From assembly GCA_002633005.1 (NCBI GenBank), contig NMRA01000027.1, positions 409,265-473,264 on the forward strand: a stretch of 64,000 nt of DNA. The letters are read 5' to 3'. The notes under the pieces are model-generated. The model ran no database searches, was not told where the DNA came from, and was given only the letters and a program-made list of their open reading frames with translations. Numbering within the stretch: the first letter of the stretch is position 1; each line of letters opens with the position of its first letter. Below, one piece after another: positions 52,143 through 64,000 of the stretch. The stretch comes from Phoronis australis (lineage: Eukaryota; Animalia; Phoronida). The position numbers were made by a program, and so were the translations under genes.

Positions 52143-52430
52143 CAACATGTTGTTGTGTACTGCCAACATGTTGTTGTGTGCTGCCAGCATGTTGTGTACT
52201 GCCAACATGTTGTTGTGTTCTGCCAACATGTTGTTGTGTTCTGCCAACATGTTGTTTATGTTCTGCCAACATGTTGTGTACTGCCAACATGTTGTTGTGT
52301 TCTGCCAACAAGTTGGGTACTGCCAACATGTTGTGTACTGCCAACATGTTGTTGTGCTCTGCCAACATGTTGTGTACTGCCAACATGTTGTTGTGTACTG
52401 GCAACATGTTGTTGTGTACTGCCAACATGT
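52143..52430. repeat. 18/21-bp minisatellite CAACATGTTG(TTG)TGTACTGC, about 15 units
   Basis: Directly visible; explains the six overlapping ORFs here. Confidence 0.95.
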
Positions 52431-54196
52431 CTTGTCCCACCTTTGTAGAAAATCATGTTCGACAAAAGTGTGACAAATGTGAGTGAGTAGGTTCACCTAA
52501 AAATGTTTTTAATGCAGTTCTTTACATTCCAGTTTGTTACATTTTCTTTGTATAATAAAACTGTCCAAGGACGTTAGTGACTCTACAAGGCACTCAGTGC
52601 ATCGATTTAAGAGTCAAACATTTTAAAACCGTACAAAATTATGACCATTTGGCCCCAAAATTCCCTTCTAATGATTAGAAAATTCTCAAGGTTAGAAGTA
52701 TTTTTAACTCTGGTAGGCCCTTGAATTAGTAGCAACCTTTGGTTCATACTTGCCTTCGCCAAAGGTTGGCACTCTCAGAAGGCGCAGGCACCTTTCGCCT
52801 CAGATGAGCGAGATCCATGATGTGTATATCATTATTTTCCCTGAAGTCTGTTGAATTACCCTATGAAATGGAAAGTAAAATAATAGGAGACCTGCTATAT
52901 AGTAGTCCATTGTATGTTGTTAGTGTTAGGTAGGAGCTAAGGCAGAATAAGCTGTTGTACCTTAGAGTAAATCACATGGGAAAGAAAACTTTCTCATACA
53001 GCGTGGTCTTTGTCCCTGCTCTTTGTCCCATGCGAACTTTGAGGTTGGTGACCTCTCTGATGGATTGTAGAATTAATGACAGTTCTTAATGAAGTGCTAA
53101 TTGATGTAGGTAACAGTTACAGTACTTATAGGTCTCTTGTAGTCAAATGTGAATGGGCCCCCTGGTCACCTCATTGTGTTCTGGGTCCTCTGGGGGCAGT
53201 GGTTCAACAAACACATCCATGTTGTAACAGGGCTCACATAAGTTGGCCAGTTGTACTTGGCCATTTTTCTGTCCCATCTTCCCACTGGCTAGTGTAATAA
53301 AAACTCCCCTAATGTGTCCTGGTAATTCTATATAGTCTGGACAGTTTATGAATGTTGCCAAAGCCATTATGGTGTGACTACTTGCCCAAGGCAGTTTAGA
53401 ATTCCAACATCATTAGACTGTTATTCAATTTAGAGTTATTCAGGAGCTTGCCATGACATGACTGTATTGGCCAAATATCTACAAAACTTGGAGAGATTAG
53501 TTCTATAAAAGAGACGTACATTGATAGCAAAATGTTAGTATCCATAGTGCCACACAATTTCAGTGTCTAGATACTGGGACTTACCGAACATGGTCGGATA
53601 TTCGGAAAACAACCTTACAATCTAAAACATCAAATGAAATTGAAAATATGCCCAGGGATATCGTCAAAAAGTTACTGAAAGTATGCCCATGGGTGTACTT
53701 TTGGAAAATTTTCCGAAAATACGCCCAAATATGCCTATTTATGGAAATTCCTCGTATAAATGTTCAACAAAAGCACTATTTCAGTTCTTGAAACGAGTAT
53801 TTCATTTTTGTTTTTGAGCAACTTGTACTTTCAAGAAAATTGTATAAGTCCCATGTTTGATGGCCTTTCATGCAAAAGGGGATAATTTTAAAAACAATTC
53901 CTACTTTTTAGAGAAAAGTGCATAAAGCATAATATTGGAGAGTTTCATATGCCCCCGAATCTCCTATCAGCCATTTCTGAGATATCAATGATGTTCCGAA
54001 GTTATCTAAATTTGAACAGTTTCCTTTGCTCCTACACAGACTGAATGGTTGTTGTGATTCCTGTGAAAGGTCATTACACCATTGTTTACTTTTACTTTGT
54101 TGACCATTCATCTTCTAAGGTGTATAGATAACACTTGCTGGTTTAAAATTGTGTTTCTTACTACGTTCATTTGTTGTAGGTAAGAAGTGACAAAGA

Positions 54197-54826
54197 ATGG
54201 CGCCGTGCAAAAGTGTCGAAGAGTCCGACTTTGACATGCGCAAACGACTCGTGCACAGTCTGAGTCAAAGTTTCCCTGGCAGTGCTCTCTCGATGGCGCT
54301 GCATTCTATCAATATGAATGATGATGGTGACGAGCAGGAGGACAAGTTGAGCTCAAGCTGTTTCGCTGAAGTGCGATTGGACAAAGGTCCTCCGGACGAG
54401 GAGGACGAGCTAGACAGTGAACTTACCAGCTTGAACTGGCTACATGATGCCAACTTGTTACGCAATATTGACACAGGAGAGTGCCGGATATGTGAGAGTC
54501 CCACGGACGACATGTCTAAAGAGAACAACGAGAATGCATACGAAGTCAACGGGGTTATGCACCGCCACCAGGGGGCGCACCCCACCAACGTGCCGTACAA
54601 CCCGCGCAAGCACATCAACAGCAAGCCACCATACTCATTCAGTTGTCTCATTTTCATGGCCATAGAGGATTCTCCATTCAAACGGCTGCCAGTGAAGGAT
54701 ATCTATGCCTGGATTGTAGCGCACTTTCCCTACTTCCAAAATGCACCGACTGGCTGGAAGAACTCTGTTCGACATAATCTGTCCTTAAACAAGTGTTTCA
54801 AGAAGGTGGACAAAGAAAAAGGGCAG
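54197..54826 (+). CDS. FOXN3: Forkhead box protein N2/3, first coding exon (N-terminus and most of the forkhead domain)
   Basis: ELTSLNWLHD motif; KPPYSFSCLIFMAIEDSPFKRLPVKDIYAWIVAHFPYFQNAPTGWKNSVRHNLSLNKCFKKVDK is FoxN2/3-type. Acceptor ends at 54179; CAG|GTAAGA donor, phase 0. Confidence 0.96.
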
Positions 54827-57800
54827 GTAAGAAGTCACTAACTCGCAAGAAAAGATTTTCTCATGAAAAAAGAAAATTCTCTTCAAAATGATTTTCAGAG
54901 AAATTTTTTGCGATCACTTTCTGTTTTAATAATTGCTAATATTAGGTTATTGATTTATAAAATGGAAAATTTCATCTGTTGAGGAAGTGGGAAATTTTCC
55001 AGTTTTCTTCTCAGTACCAGAATCGGCATCAGTTTTTTGTTTTCTGTTATGTACACTTTTGATTTAAATGTTTTTTTCTTGATTGAATTTAAAAAGACTT
55101 TTCTTGACTTATTGGCTTTTGTATTCCATGCGCTACCGATGTATCAGATTAACTTTAATTTACTACAAAATATACAGCTGCAGTTCACCTAACTGCTGTG
55201 AACACAATGGAAATTACTATTAAAAGCTTCAGACTAAATTTAATGATGAAAATCACTGTTACTTGGCAACAAAATGATAACACTGCCCTCATTTGGTACT
55301 CCGCTTTCTTTCTTCGGAATTGAGTTGTCTTTGTAAGGTACTCGTCTAAAACAATGATAGATCAGTTCCTTCAAGTTGTATGTTTGAGGACTGTAGACAG
55401 TACACCATATAGTGTTGGACGTTGCTGTCTTGTTCAGTGTGTGAAGAAACTACCAATTTTTGGTTGATCTAGGTGACCTTTACATCCATTTTATCACTGT
55501 CTGAGAATGTGAAGAAACCATCACTAATGTTGCTTTCAAGTTGTCTGATTTGTTGTGATTGTTACTATGACAACATATACCGTTGTCATGGTGATGGTGG
55601 TTCCATGGCTTGGCTGTTGGTCTAAAAGTGAAGGCCTAGAAAATGGAGAAAATGTCGTTTTCCAAAGAATGTGGAGGAATTTTAGAATTGTTGATTGTGT
55701 TGCAGTAACTTTGGGAGGGGGCAGGCAGTTGTTTCTTGTGTTGGTGTGTAGCTAGGCTTATAAATCTGAAGCCGTATTTATAATTGGCTGAAATGAAGAG
55801 ATGTGACCCATGTTCATACGAAGAGCTAGAATTGTGCCCCCTATTGACAGTTGGCTTAAGATATTACCTACATTTCACCCCTTCTGGAAAAAATAATGCA
55901 AAATTATGCTCCATCTTCCTGTGTTACAACCAGGGCTTTAAAAAATTAACCTTATTGGTGTACCATACCTCCTTTGTTCGAATTGATCTGGTTGTTATAA
56001 AATGTCTGGAATTTCCCGTGGTGGCTATACTGCTTGGTGGCTGAAACTAACTAACCCCCAGGGATATAGGGTACGTAGGCCTTGAAAGGCAGGTCGCTTT
56101 CTGGGTTACTGAGTCAGAAAATCCCACTTACCCATTCTTAAATTGTTTTAGTAGCACTTGCGTTTTTTGGTCCTGTTTTGCCTTGACACAACCAACAAAC
56201 TTCCTGCCAAACATTGATCCAAAATCTTTTGTTTAAGGTTTTGTGTGACCCTGTAAAATCTGATTTTTTTAAAATGTTTCACTTTTGCATGAGGCCTATC
56301 AAATATAGGGCTCACAGTTTTCATGAAGAAAACTAAAAAATCATACGAAACGTATGAAATGTGCTATAATTTTTAAAGATTTTATCTTGAACAGCTATGT
56401 TCTCGATACTGGTGCTTTGCTGTGAATGTACCTTTCGCTTTTGCTAAATTTACTGAAAAATTCGTGGTCACGTGACCTCTTAAGTTGCATATTGGTATAA
56501 AGTTAAAAAAGAAATTCTATCAACTTTCTGCTCTTAGAAAATGTGTAAGTTTTACTGAGTTAAGCTTTTAGTGATGTAGATTTTTGGTTGAATGCAGTCT
56601 TAGTGGGACCTGCATCACCTTGATGGGCAGATGTTGCCAGCTATTAAGCTAGTCCTATAAAAGTGCTTTTAATGTGGCTAATGTCCAAATAAAAACACCA
56701 CAGTGAGGAGAAATTTATATACTCCACACAGAAGAACCATGGAGTGCCTAACCTTTGCTGCCATCTGAACAACCCTCTATTGAACTTCTACTCCCTCCAG
56801 GCTTTTTTAGTGGCCTTGACAACTGTGTGGATGTAACCATGGTGAAGAACAAAGTTATGTGGGACGTTAGAAAAATGTCCAAATTTGACTCTGAAACATC
56901 GTATTTCAGGAATTGCTGTTCGCATTCTTACACTTTATGTACTGTTCTCCAAAATGCGGCTAAGAATTGTTCTTAAAATGTTCCATATAGATAAAAAGAT
57001 GTATAAAAAATTGGCACTTTTCCAATTTATGCCTTGTTTGTAAAATTTGCATGAAACAAAAACCGAATGCTTATTTAGAAAACTGTAGTAGCATGTTTGT
57101 GATGTCATCTTGGAACATTTAATGAAATGAAATTTGTTCATGTTATTGATACTGTTGTTTTGCTAGGAATGTTCCTTTCTTTTTTGCCGAGTTGCGCGAC
57201 CCAATTAGTGACAAATTGGCATAAGGTAAAAAATCAAATCCGAACAATGTTTTGTTTTGAAAAATATTTACCGTTTCTGACTTAAATTCTGTGGTTTTGT
57301 CGAAATGTGGCAAATAAAGGCTTGTCGATAAGGTCCTACTGTAACTTAATGTGCTAAATTCATGTCAAGCAAAAACTATGTTTTTCCACGTTGGTTGGTC
57401 TGAATTGATTCCAAAATTCAAATATCAAAATAGTGAAAAGCATCCCAAATCTACACCAAATAATTGAAAAACAACACCCCACCTTAAAAATGGTATCCCA
57501 TCTTAGCAGCACATCCCCACTATCCCCATTTCATTAACTGCCCCCACCCCCCAGACCCACAGATTACTTCCCAAAGGCAGTGGTGAAATGGTCATTTTAA
57601 CAGTGATAGATTCTTTTGACATCCTTTCAGGCTTGATCTCTCTTTGACCTTCCTGTTTGCACTTATAATATGTCAAATGACACTGGAACAATATACTGAA
57701 GTGCACAGGGTGGCTGTGCTATTTATAGGTCTGGCTGATAGTGCATAATGGTTACATGAACTTTTTCTTGTTTTATAGCTTAGCCAGAATCTGTCCTAAA

Positions 57801-58239
57801 CTGATAGCTAAAGCAGGTCGCGTGTTATAAGCGCTACCTGCACCACTTAAACAACTGTAAGGATAGCTGGGGCACTGTGGATTATGATGCACCAGGCATG
57901 TTGGGTAATAGTGGAGTAACACATAGAAATGAAAAAAACTAGTTCCCCAAATTGTACTTGTGGCTTGACTATGAAAGTCGCCAATCACATTTCTTGCTCT
58001 GAGTTACTGTTATTATGCACCCCCACAAGCATATTACTGTATGGGCGTGCCTCGTCCCACATCCGCTGCCGTATATTCTAAACCTTTGAAGGTGACGACA
58101 CACAAGAAGTTTCAGACCAAACCGACTATCGCTATACATCCTCCTAGTGGCAAATTTAGCTTTTTTACATTCACCTGTCTGTCTTTGGAATTCAGGTATA
58201 TTTCCGAGTTGTATTTTGCATGCTTCATCGTCGGACCTT

Positions 58240-58530
58240 GCCCGATTTTTGCCAAGCAAGTCCCGACTTTCATTCGTTTACTTCCTCTTGTAATTTGAGC
58301 GTGTTTGATAGTGGTGACTTCTGAGGCAAATGCACTGATTTCAAGACATAAACAGGACAGTTGCAAACCAAAGGATCTGTATTTAGGAAAAAAAGTGTTA
58401 TTAATTTGTAGTTTAGAAGACTCCACAAATTTTGAAGCGCATTACAGATGGATTACTTGTCCGAATTGTTTCCTACTTGTGTTGTGACTTCGTGGTGACT
58501 TTAAGATTTTTCCCACACAATCTGAAGTCC
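58240..58530. repeat. Dispersed repeat, similar to 24320-24632
   Basis: Collinear shared blocks with the 24.3-24.6 kb copy. Confidence 0.55.
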
Positions 58531-59139
58531 CTCTCCCACACAGGCAAGCTGCAGGATACCAAATCAATACTTCTAGTGAACCCTATATATAGGCGGGGAT
58601 GTTCATTGGTGAAATCTTTATTCTACCAGCTGTGCAGTGGCTGTGTGCCTGGGATAGAGTAGCAGTCATTACCTCAACTCCTTTCCTATCTATTCCAATG
58701 TCACAGATAATAGCTGGGCTTGTTTTTACAAGTTCATAATGTCTATTGTTTGTGTCTGAGGTGACATAAATTGTGAACCTTGGAATGATCAACTGAATTT
58801 AGGAAGATGACCCTTGAGATTGACAAATATAAATAAAGGTATTGATCTGTTCAGTTAAGAAAAGTAAACACAAATAAGTGGTAGTATTATTTACTTGTCA
58901 TTATCCCTGCGGTCTTTAACCCCCAATTTTGTTGTCAAAAGGTCAGAAGTTTTCATAGTGTGATGACCTCTGGTGAGGGCATGTACTCCATGATTCATCT
59001 TATTCAAATATTTCCCACCAACATTTTCTCCAGCTATCAAACAAGTGTTTTGTCTGTGTGATTGAAATTGGCACGTCAATACTTTCTGAAAAAGATAATT
59101 TATGACGAAAGTCAAAGATTTAGATGAAAATGGTTCGAG

Positions 59140-60030
59140 GAACGATACTTGGCGAAATTGAAGCAAGGTGAGGCCGACGAAATGAAGGATAGCAACGACC
59201 ATATCCCCGGCAATAAATGATACACCATCAAAAGAGCGTTGAGGAATTTGTCAATAAAAGAGCAGTCATTAAATCAATAAAAGAACAGTCATCAAATCAG
59301 AAAATCTTGAATATTTTGAGAATGGTGAATGGTTGTGAGAAACCAGTTAAAAGGTACAGATAATCCTTGAGGAGATCTATAGATGCCAAATTTCATAAAG
59401 TTTCATCAAAAAATGCAGAGCTACAGCTCTGCTAGTGATTAATTGAGAAGTGTCGGTCATCTTGCATCCGATTTTGCCTAAAAACCACAGTCATGTCGAT
59501 GAGACAAAAAATGTGACCTGCAGCGTATAACTGATGACATACCTCAGATAGCACTTGACAATATGATACCAAATTTGAGAAAAGTAAACCCAGGGACAGA
59601 GACTTTAACTTCTGTAATGATGTCCACCACAATGCCATCTTGTGTTCGATTTCAACCGCAACCAATAGACTTTGTGCTATTCACAGGACGTGTGTAAATT
59701 TCATGAAGAATGAATAATAAATGTGACATGCAGCTCCTATTAATGTGATAAACCAACAAAAGTGCAGTGAACGGCTAGTTGCAGTGAGAAATGTGAATCA
59801 CTATGCAGATAGGACTGCAGGAGATCTATCTACATACCAAATATCCTACAGATCTGTGAAGGGTCGCTGGATATAGGGCACAGAAACTCAATAATTTGAC
59901 AACAGTCAACGAAAAATCTCAAATAACTTTAGATCGATGAACTGTAGTGAAAACATGAATGGCATATATCCAATACCACTTGACAAGATCTCTCCACACA
60001 CCAAATTTTGGAAAAATCCCCGAGTAGCAA
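59140..60030. mobile_element. Degenerate HINE-like repeat
   Basis: tacttggcgaaatt near 59146; recurring gagatctat...ccaaatt modules and cagagctacagctct shared with 14180-14880. Confidence 0.5.
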
Positions 60031-60059
60031 TGGTTAAAAACTTTTCTCTTTACTTTAAG

Positions 60060-60202
60060 AGTATCGGCAAGGGCTCACTATGGTGTATAGACCCCGACTA
60101 CAGGCCCAACCTACTACAGGCTCTGAGGAAGACTCCTTATCACCCTTTCCACCAACTACAGATTCTTGCCAGCCCACAGTCACCCATGACAACCATCTAC
60201 CC
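60060..60202 (+). CDS. FOXN3: FoxN2/3 coding exon 2 ([29 protein letters not shown]...)
   Basis: Completes the forkhead domain; resembles vertebrate FOXN3 [29 protein letters not shown] as recalled. AAG acceptor, GTAAGT donor, phase 0->2. Confidence 0.95.
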
Positions 60203-61624
60203 GTAAGTATGCTAGATTCTTGCCTGTACACAGCCACCTATGGCAACCATCTAACTCTTTCTACTTGTCTTCATGTCTGTTGCGACATGTTTAAAAATTT
60301 CAATGTTGAAATCTTGAGCTGTGGTTGAGTTTTGGGCTTCACAAAAGAAGTGAATTTTAATTCACTTCTTTTGTGAAGTACTTCAGAAGAAAATGGATTT
60401 TAAATTTTCTGTGGTGCACAGTTAACAATGACGTAGTTAAGGTGTGAAAGTAATTCCTTCCAACTACCGTTAGTGACTTTTTTAATTAGCTAGTTTGTAT
60501 TTTGCTCAGTGAGAACAATTATTATAACTCACTGCTGTTTAAAATGGTCCTTTACACAACAACTACCTGCTGTTTCTAGTGATCTACTCTTTATCCTTTG
60601 ACTGTACAATATTGTTAACTATAAAGTTATCCCAATTATCTTTGCTGGCAAATGTTCCTTAACTGAGTTTGTGTTTGATTAATGATAGACATCTAATTGA
60701 GGGCTTCAGCATAAAATTAATTTGTGGAAATTCTTTGTTTGGTCGTTGCCATGGTGACCACTACAGCAGCACATGTTGTACATCTGTTGAGAGGCTACTT
60801 TGTCTTCATTGTCCTCTCCTTCACTGTGTATAAATACTGTGTTCACCAATATTGTGTCCAAGTGTTTAAAGGATCAAAGATGAAAGTTGCTTTGTTAACT
60901 TTTATTGATCTCGACCGTGTAAAAGTTGTCTGGAAGTTGGAGTTGTCATGTCTCAAATTTGCATGGTTTCCACTGATGGAAAACCTGAAAAAAGTAGTTT
61001 CCATTTGAAAAATACAGATAAAGATAACAAAAGCTTGTAAATGTTTAAACGGGTTGGATGCAGTTTTAATTTATCGTTGAATTACTTTAAAAATTTGTAT
61101 TTTATATTTTGGTCTCTGACTACTTTCAATCTGCAAAAAATGTGGGGTTCACCTGGCAAAAGTAAAATTTGCACAGGTTACTGAAAAGTCACCTCTTATG
61201 AAATTCATCGTTTGATCCAATAGTAACAAAAACTTTAAGAAATTGTAAAATTGTTATTTTTCACATTAAAATATATGTCAGTTGACATGAAAAATAATAT
61301 TCAAATGCATTAAAAATTAGTTAATTTCGTAAAACAACAACTGCTTTACGGTTTTTGAAAAACTGTGTGGAACCCCTTGAGATCAATGTTGCCAGTTCAG
61401 TTATGCCTGGCAGTGATCTTTACCAAGAATTACTCCTGTTTTTCAGGAAAAATGGTTATTGAAAAATGAAATAATATGGAAACTTGATGGCAGGTGAAAG
61501 CACAATATGATTGGGAGCCATATTATGGACGAGGAGTACATGTACGGTTAAGACCAACATTGTGTAGAAAATGTGACCTGACAGATAATGCGATTTAATT
61601 TCTTTCACTGTTGTGTGATTTCAG

Positions 61625-61674
61625 AAACCAGAAAATACCACTAGCTCCTAAGGTCAACTTTGGTATTTCTCCAC
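61625..61674 (+). CDS. FOXN3: FoxN2/3 coding exon 3 (NQKIPLAPKVNFGISP)
   Basis: tttcag acceptor, GTGAGT donor, 50 nt; phase 2->1 bridges the flanking exons. Confidence 0.75.
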
Positions 61675-62411
61675 GTGAGTATTATCTAAGTGTATTAAGT
61701 ACTGCCTTGGAAATATACAGCTTAAAATGTTGAGGAAGTGTGTGCCTCTTTGATGGTCACGAAATGGAAACGTTAGTCACTGTGGAAACAATTTTGGTCG
61801 ATATGACACATTTAACTCACTATAAAAGGCATTCTGAACGTTTTCTGTAATTTTGAAATTTGTGAATGTAACAATTCTTCAAACTGGAACTGTTACGCTT
61901 GGAGAAAGTTCCCAAAATGTGCGCCGGTGCAAGTAAACTGTGTCTCAGTTCGTGAGTCGTCCGCCCATTTTCAGTCTCCTAGTACATAACAGCTTGCATT
62001 TTGACATAAGCAACGATGATTCTGATGATAAGACACACTGTGTATACATTGGGTTACTTTTTCACATTGTCACACTTTCAGGCTCGTATTTGATGAATTG
62101 GTATTTTTATTGAATTGATTTAACAAAAAATTGGACAAAAAGTACAAAATACCTTTCTGAGTGACTAGAAAACAACAAATTGACAAAAAACAATTCCAAA
62201 AAGCACCATTCCCCTCTTAGGGTACACTGCTACCAGGGAAACCAGTTTTTGTATCTTTTGTCAAAATGTTAGTCACCATCATTGTCGGATATCAACCTTT
62301 CTCCCTAGCAGACACGCCCTGACATTAATGAGCAGGTGATTATGAACATTACTGATGTTGTTTTTTGACTTTTAATCAAAGCAGAGAATGAAGTAGGTTC
62401 TTGCCCAATAT

Positions 62412-62477
62412 GAAACATGAGTACTAAGTACAAACATTAGTTCTAAATACAAACATGAGTACTAAATACAAACATGA
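62412..62477. repeat. 19-bp tandem repeat x3.5
   Basis: Unit aaacatgagtactaaatac. Confidence 0.8.
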
Positions 62478-63718
62478 CAATTGTTTTAAATCCTTTTTGT
62501 CTTCAATTATTGTTCCTAAGCCTGCTTAGCGAGGACGCCTATTATTGTCTTTCAAGTTTTTCAGACATCTTCTTATAGCAGCTGTTGCTATTTTTCATTT
62601 TCTATTAGTATTCAAAGAAACTGTTTGGATTACGTCAGACACTCTAATGTTTTGTTTCCTTAGCAACCAGTTGCCTACGTTACATGTGAGACAGCGTGCT
62701 GGTTGAATTTCAGTTTACTCTGCCTAAACTCTCACCGATGTAAGACACGATATTCAATGTACTCTTTGTACTAAGCACTGTAGCAATGTAGGAAACAATA
62801 TGGGTGCACAGGAAATTGTGGTCAACTTTTTCAAAGATAAGCGTCATAAAATTTCAATTTATTGCGTTTTCATTTTCAATTTCTGTACTTTAGCAACTTG
62901 CTTTGAGTATTTGGAAAATTGTTTGCATTCGCAACACTGTTAGAGAAGCTCTTGAAAATGTTTGGCAATGATTTGTGTGTGACATTGGTGAGAGTTGTCC
63001 ATCATTTTACATACACATGTTCTCATAGTCACCAGTTTATCACGCTGTAAAGTGTTCTAACCTCTTACTCCTCTCACTTGAGTGTGTTTATCTATGAGTT
63101 AATGTTTTGAGTGAAATATTACGTTTTGTAGTGAAGTAATTTTAAATTTTCGAAGAACCAATGGTCATTTTTGATGAGTTTTGATTACTGGAAGTGTCTT
63201 CATCGACGTTTAATTAATTTCTAAATGATTTTATTTTGAAAGACAGTCTTTAGTTCTTTGGACGACTGAAGGTGTTGAGCCTACTTCCCAGCGTATCAAC
63301 AGTTTTTTCCCCTACAGTGTCTAATCGCAAGTGTCGGGAACCAAATTTCTTTAATTGAGAAATCTCCCACTTTCCACATTCATTCTAGTTTTGAGAAACC
63401 TTCACTGCACTCTTGTCTACCAAGTTACACGACCTTCCTTCCTTGTCTGTTCAGTTAGTGTACCAGTGCAATAGATGAGTTAGAAGACTAGTTGTGGTGA
63501 ATGTACAGGAAATGTTGATGAGCAGGTTGCTGTAGTGCACTGTTATCACATTGATTCTTCCCACTTTCCGTCCCTCGAGAATGTTCAATTTTGCTGTTGT
63601 TTGAAGCTAAGTATATAACTTCTGACCAGCGTATTGATTACACCAGCATAATGTGAAGGGTTGTGTTCAGTTACCATGGAAACTTGGTTATTAAATTTAG
63701 CGCCATCTTGTCTTCCAG

Positions 63719-63775
63719 ATCTCTTCCCGTTCTTGAGCAAAAGATTGCAGCAGTCTCCTAGTGGATCAGAGCTTG
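63719..63775 (+). CDS. FOXN3: FoxN2/3 coding exon 4 (HLFPFLSKRLQQSPSGSEL); gene continues beyond the window
   Basis: tcttccag acceptor, GTGAGT donor, phase 1->1; PHLFPFLSKRL resembles a motif recalled from invertebrate FoxN2/3. Confidence 0.8.
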
Positions 63776-64000
63776 GTGAGTAAGATAGGTCAGAAATAGG
63801 TCAGAAGGGAATTAAATGTGAATCAGACATGGTTGCATTGGGGGGTTCAGAAGTTGATTTCTTAGTGTTTTGGTTAAATATGTTTTTGATGTATAAAATT
63901 AGAAGCTTCAACACTGCTACTTTTAAAAATGTTGCTCAGTTATCTCTGTAAATTGACTAAATGGGAGAAAGCATTTTTCATGAAGTGTGAAGAGAAATTT

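Noticed and set aside
52006-52496. Six overlapping Cys/His-rich ORFs
   Set aside because: Artefact of a stop-free 18/21-bp minisatellite
34008-54179. Nested protein-coding or snoRNA genes in the long FoxN2/3 5' intron
   Set aside because: Short ORFs lack recognisable domains or phase-consistent exon chains; C-box-like TGATGA motifs lack convincing D boxes and terminal stems
22884-54200. 14-3-3 exon 1 spliced to the FoxN2/3 exon as a fusion protein
   Set aside because: The junction gives AGG TAA, an immediate stop; no evidence of read-through

Overview
AT-rich, intron-containing animal DNA, probably a marine invertebrate; the species cannot be determined from sequence. No prokaryotic features, rRNA, tRNA or CRISPR were found. 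Three protein-coding genes were reconstructed by hand from GT-AG sites and phase continuity. (1) A minus-strand CCDC175-like coiled-coil gene with 16 phase-consistent exons (19836->3682) plus a short terminal exon, about 743 aa. (2) A head-to-head, plus-strand, divergent epsilon-type 14-3-3 gene (22884-22945 + 29246-29969, 261 aa). (3) A plus-strand FoxN2/3 forkhead gene with a probable promoter near 33.9 kb, about 20 kb of 5' intron sequence and four coding exons (54197-63775), running off the window. Introns carry Helentron-type non-autonomous elements, MITEs and minisatellites. The most interesting observations are: a recursive-splice-type AG|GTAAGA acceptor on the FoxN2/3 start-codon exon that is nearly identical to that exon's own donor; a frame-preserving 255-nt Ser/Thr-rich candidate cassette exon in the CCDC175-like gene; and a 14-3-3 with an intact phosphopeptide groove but a remodelled dimer interface. 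Family assignments are from memory of protein sequences, not database searches.
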